IMG/VR virus record: IMGVR_UViG_3300021256_001754
Coordinates: 96,001-160,000 of that record
Reading direction: 5' to 3' (one strand)
DNA from: a virus
Taxonomy: Duplodnaviria > Caudoviricetes
DNA: 64,000 nucleotides
A model generated the notes under the pieces. It did no database searches. It worked only from the letters and a program-made list of their open reading frames with translations, and was not told the origin of the DNA. The number at the start of each line of letters is the position of its first letter. Within the stretch, counting starts at the first letter, position 1. This document shows, piece by piece, positions 1 through 10,422 of the stretch. Made by a program: the position numbers and the translations under genes.

Positions 1-291
1 ACGATCATGATTTTTTCTAAACATATTTAGTTTTATCCAATATTCAATACAGTTCCTAAAATATCTCTTAGTACTATATAATACTATAATAGATACAGCA
101 ATATAAGTAGCACCAACGAGAAACGATCCAAAATAGATTGCTGAACTTATAGGATATTCTGTTAGTGTCATTATACCAATAATAATAGATACTGTTACAA
201 ATGCAAGTATTGGTAAAATAATAATAAATGAAGCTTTAAAACTATCTTCGTAAACTTTTTTAAGTAAGTTAACCTTTTTTCTTCTATTCAT
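1..291 (-). CDS. Small membrane protein, partial (runs off window edge)
   Basis: Hand translation from ATG at 291 (GGAG SD upstream) gives MNRRKKVNLL... with two hydrophobic segments; open to position 1. Confidence 0.65.
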   Translation of the reverse strand, partial: MNRRKKVNLLKKVYEDSFKASFIIILPILAFVTVSIIIGIMTLTEYPISSAIYFGSFLVGATYIAVSIIVLYSTKRYFRNCIEYWIKLNMFRKNHDR

Positions 292-364
292 ACTAATATT
301 CTCCTTTTAAATAAAAGATCTACATTTTACAAGAATATAGTATATAATTTTAATATAAATTAAA

Positions 365-391
365 ACCCGAGGAGTTAATATCTCCTCGGGT
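365..391. terminator. Intrinsic terminator hairpin
   Basis: ACCCGAGGAG/CTCCTCGGGT after phoH. Confidence 0.8.
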
Positions 392-398
392 AATTATA

Positions 399-1694
399 TT
401 ACAGTAATTTAGCAGCTAATTTACTGAGTAGACTTCTTACACATTCATCTTCTGTAAATGTAAGTTGTCCAACCATAGTCTGATTCCTCATCTTTTCTGC
501 AGTATAGATCAATCCATTACTTGTATAATCAAGTCTAGGATTATCTATCTGATTTGGATCTCCACAGAGAACAATCTTTGTTCTTTCACCGGCTCTCGTT
601 ACAAGAGTCTTAGCCTGTATTCTTGTCATATTCTGAGCTTCATCTACAACGATAAAAGCATCCTTAATACTACGACCTCTTATATAAGCCATAGAACAAA
701 TCTCTATAATTCCTTGATCAATAAGATCCTGTGCTTTCTCACTTAATACAGAGAGATTATCATAGAATGGATATAATAATGGTCCCATCTTTTCTTCAAG
801 ATCTCCTGGTAAGAATCCTAAGTCTTCTCCATCAGGTATAGTATTTGTTCTGGTTATATACATCTTACTATATTCACATTTATCCTGAATAAGATATAAC
901 CCAACAGCTAATGCTAAGAATGTCTTTCCACAACCAGCTGGTCCAATCATTAAGTTTAAAGCAATATCAGGATTAAGCAGCATCTCTATAGCATACTCCT
1001 GAGCAGCATTACGAGCTTTACAACCAATCTTCTTATTACCAGATATAAGATTAAGTTGTCCATTCTGGTATATAGTTAATGCAGAATGTCTGTTACCACT
1101 TAGAGTTTCATAATCCTCAACTCTGACAAATTGGTTCTCTTCAAATGGTTCGTGATTTTCTATTTTATTTGCATCTACAGATTTATTACTATAGATTTCA
1201 TTAACAATATCTGCTGAGGTTAAAATCACTTGTCTTCCTGTATATAACTTCTCACTTGATACATGATCGTTCTTATAGTTCTGAACTTCAACTCCTAATG
1301 CTAAAGCATCTATAGTTAAATTTGTATCGTTTGTAATAAGAATTACTTTGTTCTTTGGATGGAGTTTTGCCAACTTCATAGTTGACATGATAATTCTATT
1401 ATCAGGTTTACTCCGATCAAATCCTGATGGTGTATCGACATCTTCGAAGTCATCCATAAAGAGGAAAAGTGTACCTTTATTTTCCATCTTTACACCTTTT
1501 ACAAGGTTCCCTTTAAGTGAGACTATTTCTCTCAATATTCTAAAAGTTTCTCTGGCGGCAAACTCATGCTTATGCCTGTCTAATTCTTCCTTTACCACAT
1601 ATGGAAGAATTACGTAGTTGTCATCGAATCCTCTTAAAGCATTTCCACAAGTTTGGAATAGAATATTGGTGTCGAGAACGTAATATTTCTTCAT
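399..1694 (-). CDS. phoH: PhoH-family protein (PIN domain + P-loop ATPase)
   Basis: N-terminal YVLDTN PIN motif, GPAGCGKT Walker A, LGFLPGDLEEK, YIRGRS, VDEAQN, GDPNQID. Confidence 0.95.
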   Translation of the reverse strand: MKKYYVLDTNILFQTCGNALRGFDDNYVILPYVVKEELDRHKHEFAARETFRILREIVSLKGNLVKGVKMENKGTLFLFMDDFEDVDTPSGFDRSKPDNRIIMSTMKLAKLHPKNKVILITNDTNLTIDALALGVEVQNYKNDHVSSEKLYTGRQVILTSADIVNEIYSNKSVDANKIENHEPFEENQFVRVEDYETLSGNRHSALTIYQNGQLNLISGNKKIGCKARNAAQEYAIEMLLNPDIALNLMIGPAGCGKTFLALAVGLYLIQDKCEYSKMYITRTNTIPDGEDLGFLPGDLEEKMGPLLYPFYDNLSVLSEKAQDLIDQGIIEICSMAYIRGRSIKDAFIVVDEAQNMTRIQAKTLVTRAGERTKIVLCGDPNQIDNPRLDYTSNGLIYTAEKMRNQTMVGQLTFTEDECVRSLLSKLAAKLL

Positions 1695-1815
1695 ACGATT
1701 TCCTCCAGTCCTTTAATATATAGCAGATATTATTAAGATGTATCAGCATTAAAAAGAAAGCCCCGGTGGAAATTTTATCCCACCGGGTGAAAGGACATAT
1801 AAACACTTATGGTGA

Positions 1816-2016
1816 TTACTGATTACTTAAATGTTGATGTTTGGGACGCACAATGATTTTCTCTATATTATCAATTTTCTTAATGATATCGTAATTACTG
1901 TTATGAATATGGAATTGATCTATTTCCATCTTATATAGTTTCTTAGTGATATGCAATTGATTTATAATTATAATAATACAAAAAATAATAATTGCTATTC
2001 CTAATATCAAATACAT
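1816..2016 (-). CDS. Small membrane-anchored hypothetical protein
   Basis: 66 aa, N-terminal TM segment, coupled to upstream gene. Confidence 0.6.
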   Translation of the reverse strand: MYLILGIAIIIFCIIIIINQLHITKKLYKMEIDQFHIHNSNYDIIKKIDNIEKIIVRPKHQHLSNQ

Positions 2017-2019
2017 AAT

Positions 2020-2898
2020 TTACTCCTTTGGAAATAACCATTCGGGTGCTTCTGAGGTATTAAATCCACTAGCACCTTTATGACCACCTCCATTGTATTG
2101 ATTGGAGATAATGGTTGTATCTATAGTATTACTATAGAGAGAATATTTAAATTTATGTGTTGAACCATCATATCTCCACAGGCAACACACATCGTATTTA
2201 TCAATCAAATCTCCAAATACAAAAGAGTTACCTATACCATTAACTACAATTGCCTTATAACCATTTATAGTTGTCTCGTATGCTCTTCTTCTCTGATACT
2301 TATTTTGCTTTCTCTCATAAGATCCAACAAGATTTCCTATTTCTATAATCTTTTTAGTAAGCTCATACGATTCTGTGGATTTTGATCTAATAAGCATTCT
2401 CCATAAGTCGGCTGTAGGAGAATCATCTTCTATAGCATCAACTCCCATTTTAAAGCTATCACTATCTTTTAGCTTCTTTTGCCAACAATCATAATCACTT
2501 ACTAGCTGTATCCACAACGGGCAATTTTTGATATTATATTCTCTTTCACAGTAGAAATATAGATAAGCTAAAGCACAACCAGAAATACCTTCTAATCTTA
2601 TACCATTCACATGGTTTAACTCAGGATGCATCTGAGTTATCTCTATAGAAGTTTTATGATGGTCTATCCAAATAATATTAGCAGCTTTTTGTCTTATCTT
2701 TTTAAATTCGTCATAATTAGATTCTTGTAAAGAAAAGTCAACTATAACAACAGTCTCATTTCTTTTTATCTGCTCTACAGGCCAAGCCATTTCATAATTC
2801 ATTTCGTAATAATGATTAGGATTATAATCATTATAATAACTAGCTGCAATGGCTGCTGCAGACTTACCATCCATGTCGTCATGATGTATACAGAACAT
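2020..2898 (-). CDS. DHH/DHHA1-family phosphoesterase
   Basis: HDDMDG, VDFS, WIDHH, C-terminal GGGHKGASG. Confidence 0.9.
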   Translation of the reverse strand: MFCIHHDDMDGKSAAAIAASYYNDYNPNHYYEMNYEMAWPVEQIKRNETVVIVDFSLQESNYDEFKKIRQKAANIIWIDHHKTSIEITQMHPELNHVNGIRLEGISGCALAYLYFYCEREYNIKNCPLWIQLVSDYDCWQKKLKDSDSFKMGVDAIEDDSPTADLWRMLIRSKSTESYELTKKIIEIGNLVGSYERKQNKYQRRRAYETTINGYKAIVVNGIGNSFVFGDLIDKYDVCCLWRYDGSTHKFKYSLYSNTIDTTIISNQYNGGGHKGASGFNTSEAPEWLFPKE

Positions 2899-3028
2899 AT
2901 TATATTCCTCCCATAATATTCAAATTAGATATTATCAGTTAGTTTGTTGTTTTAATAATTTTTGTTAAAATTATTTATCATTTAGACATGTTGATAATCA
3001 ATATTAACATTTTAGGAGGAATAAAATT

Positions 3029-3418
3029 ATGTCAAATTCAGTTGATCATCCCGATCATTATAATCAAGGAGGATATGAATGTATAGAGGTAATGCTTTCT
3101 ATATATGGCCCAGAAGTAGTAAAGAATTTTTGTATCGGTAATGCTTTTAAATATCTATTTCGTTGCCAGCACAAAAATAATAAAAACGAAGATATTAAAA
3201 AAGCAGCCTGGTATTTAAATAAATACGACGAGATAGATACTAGATTTTCTAAATCAGATTCAGAGTCAACTTCTGGTACGAGTAAATTCCTCAAAGGAAA
3301 TGGTTCTTGGGATGACGTTGATATACCATCCATCACGATCCCTGGTCTTCCTAAATACACCAATACTATAGTTGCAACTCCTGAAGAACGTAAGAATATT
3401 GCTACACTACATAGTTAA
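3029..3418 (+). CDS. DUF3310-like (T7 gp1.7 nucleotide kinase-like) protein
   Basis: VDHPDHYN..GYECIE..GNAFKYLFR...EDIKKAAWYL signature. Confidence 0.85.
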   Translation: MSNSVDHPDHYNQGGYECIEVMLSIYGPEVVKNFCIGNAFKYLFRCQHKNNKNEDIKKAAWYLNKYDEIDTRFSKSDSESTSGTSKFLKGNGSWDDVDIPSITIPGLPKYTNTIVATPEERKNIATLHS

Positions 3419-3436
3419 CCAGATTACAGAAAAAAA

Positions 3437-3461
3437 TCCAGTAGGTGAATAACCTACTGGA
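3437..3461. terminator. Bidirectional terminator (CCAGTAGG family)
   Basis: Between convergent genes. Confidence 0.85.
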
Positions 3462-3467
3462 AATTTA

Positions 3468-3962
3468 TTATTCTTCTGTATCTGTATTAGCCTCATTAAC
3501 CATCTGCTTCATATACTCCGGATGGAATTTCTCTATGAGTTCTCTCAGCTCCAATAATTCATCTTTATTGTCATTTCCAGCTTCTACATTTGCCCCTATT
3601 TCATTTACAAGTGTAGTATAGAAGTTATAGGTAAATACTTCATCCGGAATAAGAGGCTTAAAGTGTGCATTCTGCATTCCTCCCATCATTCCCATAAGAC
3701 CACCAAGTGCACCTAAATCCGGATTAACCGTATCTACAACATCCTGTTTAGGGGCTTCTACAACAGGTGTAGACTCAGAAAGCTCGTTTGGAGCCTTAAT
3801 CGTTATTTCTATAGGGTTTCCGTCTTTATCGCATATAAATGGTGTTTTATCCGGATGTGTAACACCATCTCCAACACGCATTCTAAACAGTTTCTTATCC
3901 CCATTTACATCAACGTAGTAGATTCCTTCAGGATATGGATTTTTCTTCTTGTTAAAAAACAT
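3468..3962 (-). CDS. Hypothetical protein with degenerate Mtd_N-like KxGDGVT motif
   Basis: RMRVGDGVTHPDKTPF resembles the N-termini at 13089 and 60350. Confidence 0.55.
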   Translation of the reverse strand: MFFNKKKNPYPEGIYYVDVNGDKKLFRMRVGDGVTHPDKTPFICDKDGNPIEITIKAPNELSESTPVVEAPKQDVVDTVNPDLGALGGLMGMMGGMQNAHFKPLIPDEVFTYNFYTTLVNEIGANVEAGNDNKDELLELRELIEKFHPEYMKQMVNEANTDTEE

Positions 3963-3994
3963 ACTTCTTCTCCTTTGATTATTTTAATTTTCTA

Positions 3995-5641
3995 TTAACT
4001 CGCAAACCATTCAAATGGATCTATAGGATGAGATATATCAGGTTTACGATTTAATTCAGCATCTTCTTTAGAATAATCGAAAAATCTTTCATCTCTAAAA
4101 TAAATAGGAGTTATTATTCTAGGAGCAAGAGTTTCTATATTCTTATTCTGACGTTTCTCTATTATTTTTTCATTACGTCTAGCAAGTTCATATGCTTCAA
4201 GAGTTGTATCAGAAGTAGAAGAAGCATATGTATTGAATACAGGTAATTTATAATAATAGTATTTTCTTATAGCATTAAATCCCATATCTACAAGTTCGAT
4301 ATATAACGTATTAGGATCTCGTGTTCTTCCTAAAGTTTGTCTTGCCAATACTTCAGATTTAAATGGTTCTGCTAATACTACAGTAACTTTAAGTCCACCA
4401 ATATCTTCACCAGCACCAGCAGATTTGGTTGTACTAAGTATTATTCCTTTATTACGTTCTACATTTACTTTATCTTCTTTAGATACCAAAGAAGTAAATA
4501 TTCCAATATTACCAATATATTCAGGGAAATTTGTACATATCCATTTGTAGACTCTCAATATTCCATCATTAGTACCAATGTATATAAGAGTCTTTCCCTT
4601 AAACCCTTTTATCATATCCATTATAATTCTCAATGCCATATAGAAATTTTCATTTTGAGTTATATAATCTACATATTTATTTCTATCCAACCCATAAGCA
4701 TTTCTAAATGCTGATATGTATTCTGGTCTTGGTCTACTATTAAACTTTATAGCAAGATAATCAGTATGAGGATCATTATCTTTATCAAATAGATCTATAA
4801 ATGGTACATTCTTAAAAGCAGTCTTATATATAATCTTCTCCCTGAAATCGGATCTCAAAGGAGTAGCAGTTACATAATACGTTTTAAATACATTGGTAAA
4901 GAAATCTATTTTACACATATTCTCGAAATTCTGATGTGCTTCATCGAAGAATTTCATACCTATGCCTAATTGACGAAATGCTTGGTTTAATAATGCCCAT
5001 CCATTTTCGTCTGCAAAAGAACGTATAGCACCATGAGTACATAAAAAAATACTACCTGATTGTGCTAATCTACTCTTACCGGTTAATGCTAATTTCAGCA
5101 TTGCTGCTGATACAAACACAATATCTCTATCTGTTAAATTTGTATACTCTTTTATATCTTTTGCCCACTGTGCTAATAGAGAATTAGAACCAGTTATTAC
5201 AATAGACTTGATTTGATAATATGCCATTGTAGCAATAGATACATAAGTTTTACCAGCTCCAGTATTTAGATTTATAGATAACTGTGGCAGATATTCGTTC
5301 TCTTCATATTCTTGACCAATTCCACAAGTAAACTTCAATGCTTCATATTGTCGTTCATCTCTAGGTGGATATTTCATAAGTATATTTGTTTTTGTTTTCT
5401 TATATGGATTTGGTCTATCCATAATATGCTCTTTACATCCTACTTGCTTTTTAGCATACCATATATCTATTCCTCTAGGTATATATAAGATTCTCTCTTC
5501 TTTATCGTAATACATACCTACAGGATCATAGTTATGTCTTATAGGATCCCATATAGAAAAGCATCTCTCTAATTTTTGAGATTGATTAATAGTATAATCC
5601 GTTATAAGTATACAGGAATTTCTTACTATAACTTGGCTCAT
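3995..5641 (-). CDS. Superfamily 2 (DEAH) helicase
   Basis: TGAGKT Walker A, FFDEAH, TATP, QTLGRTR. Confidence 0.9.
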   Translation of the reverse strand: MSQVIVRNSCILITDYTINQSQKLERCFSIWDPIRHNYDPVGMYYDKEERILYIPRGIDIWYAKKQVGCKEHIMDRPNPYKKTKTNILMKYPPRDERQYEALKFTCGIGQEYEENEYLPQLSINLNTGAGKTYVSIATMAYYQIKSIVITGSNSLLAQWAKDIKEYTNLTDRDIVFVSAAMLKLALTGKSRLAQSGSIFLCTHGAIRSFADENGWALLNQAFRQLGIGMKFFDEAHQNFENMCKIDFFTNVFKTYYVTATPLRSDFREKIIYKTAFKNVPFIDLFDKDNDPHTDYLAIKFNSRPRPEYISAFRNAYGLDRNKYVDYITQNENFYMALRIIMDMIKGFKGKTLIYIGTNDGILRVYKWICTNFPEYIGNIGIFTSLVSKEDKVNVERNKGIILSTTKSAGAGEDIGGLKVTVVLAEPFKSEVLARQTLGRTRDPNTLYIELVDMGFNAIRKYYYYKLPVFNTYASSTSDTTLEAYELARRNEKIIEKRQNKNIETLAPRIITPIYFRDERFFDYSKEDAELNRKPDISHPIDPFEWFAS

Positions 5642-5696
5642 AAGTATTCCTTTCGAATAATTTAGGGAGACTTTAATTTAAGTCTCCCTAAGTTTA

Positions 5697-7871
5697 TTAT
5701 CTTTTTGGTGTTAATTGTGCTTTTACTGTAGCTTTGATATCATCCATAGTTACAGTTTCTTTATTAGTACTATTTATACCGGTGTCGTTATCCATAAAGT
5801 ATATAGGCTTTATAATCTTTCTCTCAGGAATATCATTAGACCTATCAACCAGTTTTGGATTAATAAAGTCTTGTGGTCTTTCCATAGCAAATGGATCAAG
5901 ATTTGATGGTTTATATAATACATGATTAGCCGCACTGGTTAATGTCTTCTTCAACTTACTTCCCTGAAGTCTTACACTAATTCTAGGAGAATTTGTTATA
6001 GCGTCTTCAAGAGTTATAAGCTGATATCCAGCATTAGACTGTTCCCAATCAGGCTCTAATAATATATCATCCGGATGTCTAATCTGATTAGAGATAAGAA
6101 CCTCAAAATGTACAGAATTGATCTTTATACCACCCTGCAGATTATATGCAATGAAATCCTGAAGTAATGTATTTCTGTCATGCATCTTGATAGAAGACTT
6201 ATTATCTATAAGATTCTTAATCTGCTTCATGGTTTTAGATAACTCATTGTTTTGAATATCTATATAGAATAGATTCAATCCAATCATTCTTGTAAGAGGA
6301 AGTACATAAACACCATCATCGTTTACATCTTCTTTTTCAAGTTCTGATATAAGGTCGTCATCTAAATAAATAGGATCGGACTCATTGGTATAAATAGATT
6401 CTATTCTACCATCAGGATATTGAATCTGGAAGTTGTATACATAATCATTGTTATCCTCATCTACATCTGTAGCACCCTCTACATCATCGTCTCCACTGTC
6501 AGATTCATCTATAATATTATCAGGATCAATAATAAGATTATATCTTCTATAATCTACATTATCTTTTAAGATGATTCTGTCATATTCTACATTAAACAAA
6601 TCGTAGAATGATTGAACCCATGTCATTTTGATAATAGACGCTTCAAGAAGATGTTTAGCAGACAATAATCGCTGAGTATATTTTGAAGATAATTGTTCCG
6701 AAGCAATCTGTCCAACGTTGATATCGTTATTAAGATAAGCCAATAAACCATAGCATCTATAACAGATACCAAATCCTTTAGCCGCAGATGCACATGTAAT
6801 AGGAGATCTAAATAATAATGTCTTACCGATAAGATGTTTATCAATCTCAGCGTTTAGAATATGCTCTACACCATCATATGATAACTTATAATATCGCATG
6901 TCAAACATGCTGAGCATGCTATTATCTTTGATATATACTTCTTCAAAGTTCTTTGTATCACATGAATACTGTGGATCAGGATTAAGGAAAGTATCCATAT
7001 TATTTAATCCTAATCTACGAGCAAATGCACCAGATTGTCCTACATTCTGTTTTGATATAATCTGTGCTATACGTCCTATAGAACTATCGATAACGATATC
7101 TTCTATACTCTTTAAACCACCATTGATAAAACTATGGTTTATAGGATGTGTAAATAGACCACCTTGACCATTAGGTTTAGGACCTATACATACATTAACT
7201 TCAGCAAACTGTTTAGGGTTTGTACCCTCTCCAGTCTGAAATGCATATTTCTGATTATGAGTAGATTCTGGTGCTGTAATATATTTCTGCTGAATCTTCT
7301 CATTTTTCATAATAAGCTCTTTAGCATCCTGCATTGGTACACCTGTTAAATCCAAATGCATTGTCTCATTAAATTCAGGATACTTTCTCATAAGCTCTAC
7401 AGTATCGTCAAAATCGACACTATTAGCAAAAAACATTTGATAGTTCTGTAGAGGTATAAACTTACTTATGCATCTATCTATGGACTGATTGATAGTTATT
7501 CTATCCATAGTCCTTAGATTTTTTCTTATGAAAAACTTATTTATATAATTAACCATCCAGTCTGTTTTTATGACCGGTTCAAATACAATATGCTTTGTAT
7601 CAATCTCTTTTCCAGATCTAGTAATCAAAGTCCAAAACATTAGATTGTATAAATACTGCTCTATATACAAACTACAATCTCCATGTCTGAAATGAATATT
7701 TATCTTAAATCTCTGCACTTCAGGATCTTCTATTCCATCATCTAAGATAGAAAGGATATTCTTGAAGTGATCATCGATGTTATCGTCGTTAATATCTTTG
7801 GTGTAAATATCTTGTACACCATTCTGTGCTAATTCTTTGTAATATCCGTAATTTTCAAAGTGTGGTAACAT
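5697..7871 (-). CDS. rpoC: Phage multisubunit RNA polymerase beta'-like subunit (C-terminal part), probably non-virion RNAP
   Basis: RSPITC...GICYRCYG Zn site, NVGQIASEQLSSKYTQRLLSAKH trigger-loop region; preceded by early-type motif at 7939-7949. Confidence 0.85.
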   Translation of the reverse strand: MLPHFENYGYYKELAQNGVQDIYTKDINDDNIDDHFKNILSILDDGIEDPEVQRFKINIHFRHGDCSLYIEQYLYNLMFWTLITRSGKEIDTKHIVFEPVIKTDWMVNYINKFFIRKNLRTMDRITINQSIDRCISKFIPLQNYQMFFANSVDFDDTVELMRKYPEFNETMHLDLTGVPMQDAKELIMKNEKIQQKYITAPESTHNQKYAFQTGEGTNPKQFAEVNVCIGPKPNGQGGLFTHPINHSFINGGLKSIEDIVIDSSIGRIAQIISKQNVGQSGAFARRLGLNNMDTFLNPDPQYSCDTKNFEEVYIKDNSMLSMFDMRYYKLSYDGVEHILNAEIDKHLIGKTLLFRSPITCASAAKGFGICYRCYGLLAYLNNDINVGQIASEQLSSKYTQRLLSAKHLLEASIIKMTWVQSFYDLFNVEYDRIILKDNVDYRRYNLIIDPDNIIDESDSGDDDVEGATDVDEDNNDYVYNFQIQYPDGRIESIYTNESDPIYLDDDLISELEKEDVNDDGVYVLPLTRMIGLNLFYIDIQNNELSKTMKQIKNLIDNKSSIKMHDRNTLLQDFIAYNLQGGIKINSVHFEVLISNQIRHPDDILLEPDWEQSNAGYQLITLEDAITNSPRISVRLQGSKLKKTLTSAANHVLYKPSNLDPFAMERPQDFINPKLVDRSNDIPERKIIKPIYFMDNDTGINSTNKETVTMDDIKATVKAQLTPKR

Positions 7872-7991
7872 TTAATACCTCCATAATTCACTGCTGTTAT
7901 ACTATTGTAATAGCATTGCTAACTTTTTACCTCAATATTATAGTATCTAATTTAATCCAGATTTACATCTTTATAAAGGAGGATTATACCT

Positions 7992-8438
7992 ATGGCTGTA
8001 TTGAATTCTAAGACTTTACCAGAACAGACTTTTAATTATAACGATTTTATTAGTTCTGGAGAAAACAATGACTTTACATTCGATAACTTTGAAATCAGTA
8101 TGCTGATAAATGGAATTTCTATTGGTGATTGTAACGTAATGGAATTTTATATACCAGAGATAATTGAGAATTGTGTCAAAGTTACTGAATTTACCAAAGA
8201 CGAAATATTAAGATATAAATATAATCCGGATCTTTTGGCTTGGGATGTATATAAGAATACTCAGTTAGATTATCTTATTCTTTTATGCAATGACATGTGT
8301 GATCCAAAAGAGTTTGATTTTAAAAAGGGATATTTATATCTTCCTAAATCTTCTATATTAAAGAACTTATTGTCTTTAATACATAATTCAGAATCTCGTT
8401 GGATAAAAAATTCTAAAGGTAAATCGTGGTTGTTATAA
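7992..8438 (+). CDS. LysM-like / T4 gp53-like baseplate wedge protein
   Basis: YKYNPDLLAWDVYKNTQLDYLILLCN pattern; late-type promoter upstream. Confidence 0.6.
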   Translation: MAVLNSKTLPEQTFNYNDFISSGENNDFTFDNFEISMLINGISIGDCNVMEFYIPEIIENCVKVTEFTKDEILRYKYNPDLLAWDVYKNTQLDYLILLCNDMCDPKEFDFKKGYLYLPKSSILKNLLSLIHNSESRWIKNSKGKSWLL

Positions 8439-8461
8439 AAATATGGGATAGGCTATATAGC

Positions 8462-10342
8462 CTATCCCGATTTTTGTCCAAGTGCTGCTCTTATAGATTC
8501 CAAATCATTTAGATCCAATTTATTCTGTGGTTCATTCATAAAGAATATTGGAACTATTACATTTGGTTTTGTTATCTGAGGATTTGGATCATTCATACTA
8601 TCAAGCTCATCTACAGAATCATCCATAACTACAGGTTCGTTAAGTGTATATACACTATTTGAATCTGAGAAAGTATTATCTTTCTTAGAAGTACCGGTAG
8701 ATATAATATCATTAATAGTAGACAATACATTAGAAGAAGTTGTTCTAACTGATGGCTGTCTACCATTTATCATCTTATTCATATGGAGATAAGTCTTATA
8801 CATTGGAGGAGTATCTAAATCTTCCAATAGTCTAATACCGCTTCCATATACAAATGGTTGAGCTATATAAGTAAGATCGGTTTTAACTCTTTTCTTGGTT
8901 AAGTTAAATACCATATATTTATTTCCCTCATCGTCGTAATCTAGATTTATAATAATTCCTAAATCCAAATTATCCAGCATAAGGAATGATTCACCTGTAT
9001 TAGACATACCAAGTTGCATTGTTATATCTGTAGGTGTTGCTCTTGCTTTATCTTGCTCTACAGCTCTAGCGGCTTCTCTATTAAGATGAGATACTGTGAT
9101 AAACGGAATATCTTTTTCAACTGCAAATGACTTAAATTCATTTACGACATTACCAAGTTCAATTCTAAGATCGGGAGTATATTCAGAAGATCTTATTCTC
9201 TTTACATGGTCCTGTATTACACATATAACTTCATATCCATCATCTTCCATATCTTCACACATATCGTATAGAAAAGTTGTATCAACTGTTCTATTGGCTT
9301 TATACCTAATTACCATATCGATAGGTGAATCATTTGTAAGTTTCAATTCTCCATCTACACGGAGTTTTCTAATAACTTCTTCCTTAGTAAAATTTTCCAT
9401 ACCAGAAGATGAGGTTATAAGATCAAATAGTCTATCTATAGTTTCTACTACAGAGTTCTCCATGGTAAGCATTACTACACATGGTTGTTTAGTTGGATCT
9501 TTTGGTTTATAATGCTTATTGTATTTTCTAATCTGATACATCAGGTTTAACAAAGTAACAGATTTTCCTATGTTTGTTATACCTAAAAGCATATATACAC
9601 GACCGGATTCAAATCCACCATTAATCATTTCATTGAATCCTTGCATACCAGTTACAAGTTTTCTAGATGGATTTGTAAGTAGATCGTAAGTTTCACCCAC
9701 TACATCTTCAAATATACCATCTCTCAAACTAAATACCATGTCTACGTTATTTGTAGATACTCTTGATTTTCTAAATTTAGAATGTGTATCGTTTACCAAT
9801 ACTTCAAAGTCATCTATCAAATGACCTTTACCTTCATATTCAGTTTTTGTTATAGCCGTACATACAGTCAAAAAATCTGGTGCCGCCATATAAGCAAATG
9901 CGAATTTGATATTATGCTCTATCATCTCATTTGCCCATTTTATCTCATTTGTAGTTAATAAGAATCTATCGATATTATTTGGATCTATAAAATCAGGTTT
10001 AAAATCCAAAGTTCCAAGTATATGATCTATCATTATATCCTGATCTGTAATCTTATAATCCATTCTAACTTCTAGAGCTTTTTTAATAAATTCTACATAA
10101 TGAGTTTTATTAAGATCATTAATATATACTTGAGGATTCAATAAATTTAAAAACTTCTTTAGATTATTTAAGTGATTCAAACGAATCAAATTGGATACAG
10201 TTACAGAATATCGTGCTAATATTCTAAAAGATCTTAAAGGTAGATTTAGAGATACAGTCTTTTTTACCTTAGGGGTCTTTATCTTTTTTGTATCATTAAT
10301 ATCAAATTTATCAATTACCATAATAAGATTACCCTCTTCCAA
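8462..10342 (-). CDS. dnaB: DnaB-like replicative helicase
   Basis: GGFESGRVYMLLGITNIGKS, LTMEN, IQDHV, VSHLNR motifs of phiKZ-type DnaB. Confidence 0.88.
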   Translation of the reverse strand: MEEGNLIMVIDKFDINDTKKIKTPKVKKTVSLNLPLRSFRILARYSVTVSNLIRLNHLNNLKKFLNLLNPQVYINDLNKTHYVEFIKKALEVRMDYKITDQDIMIDHILGTLDFKPDFIDPNNIDRFLLTTNEIKWANEMIEHNIKFAFAYMAAPDFLTVCTAITKTEYEGKGHLIDDFEVLVNDTHSKFRKSRVSTNNVDMVFSLRDGIFEDVVGETYDLLTNPSRKLVTGMQGFNEMINGGFESGRVYMLLGITNIGKSVTLLNLMYQIRKYNKHYKPKDPTKQPCVVMLTMENSVVETIDRLFDLITSSSGMENFTKEEVIRKLRVDGELKLTNDSPIDMVIRYKANRTVDTTFLYDMCEDMEDDGYEVICVIQDHVKRIRSSEYTPDLRIELGNVVNEFKSFAVEKDIPFITVSHLNREAARAVEQDKARATPTDITMQLGMSNTGESFLMLDNLDLGIIINLDYDDEGNKYMVFNLTKKRVKTDLTYIAQPFVYGSGIRLLEDLDTPPMYKTYLHMNKMINGRQPSVRTTSSNVLSTINDIISTGTSKKDNTFSDSNSVYTLNEPVVMDDSVDELDSMNDPNPQITKPNVIVPIFFMNEPQNKLDLNDLESIRAALGQKSG

Positions 10343-10422
10343 TAACCAGTATTATATTTCTGTTTAAAGATTTTTATTATTATAAATATTGCATTTTACT
10401 ACCATTGTACTGGTAGTTATAT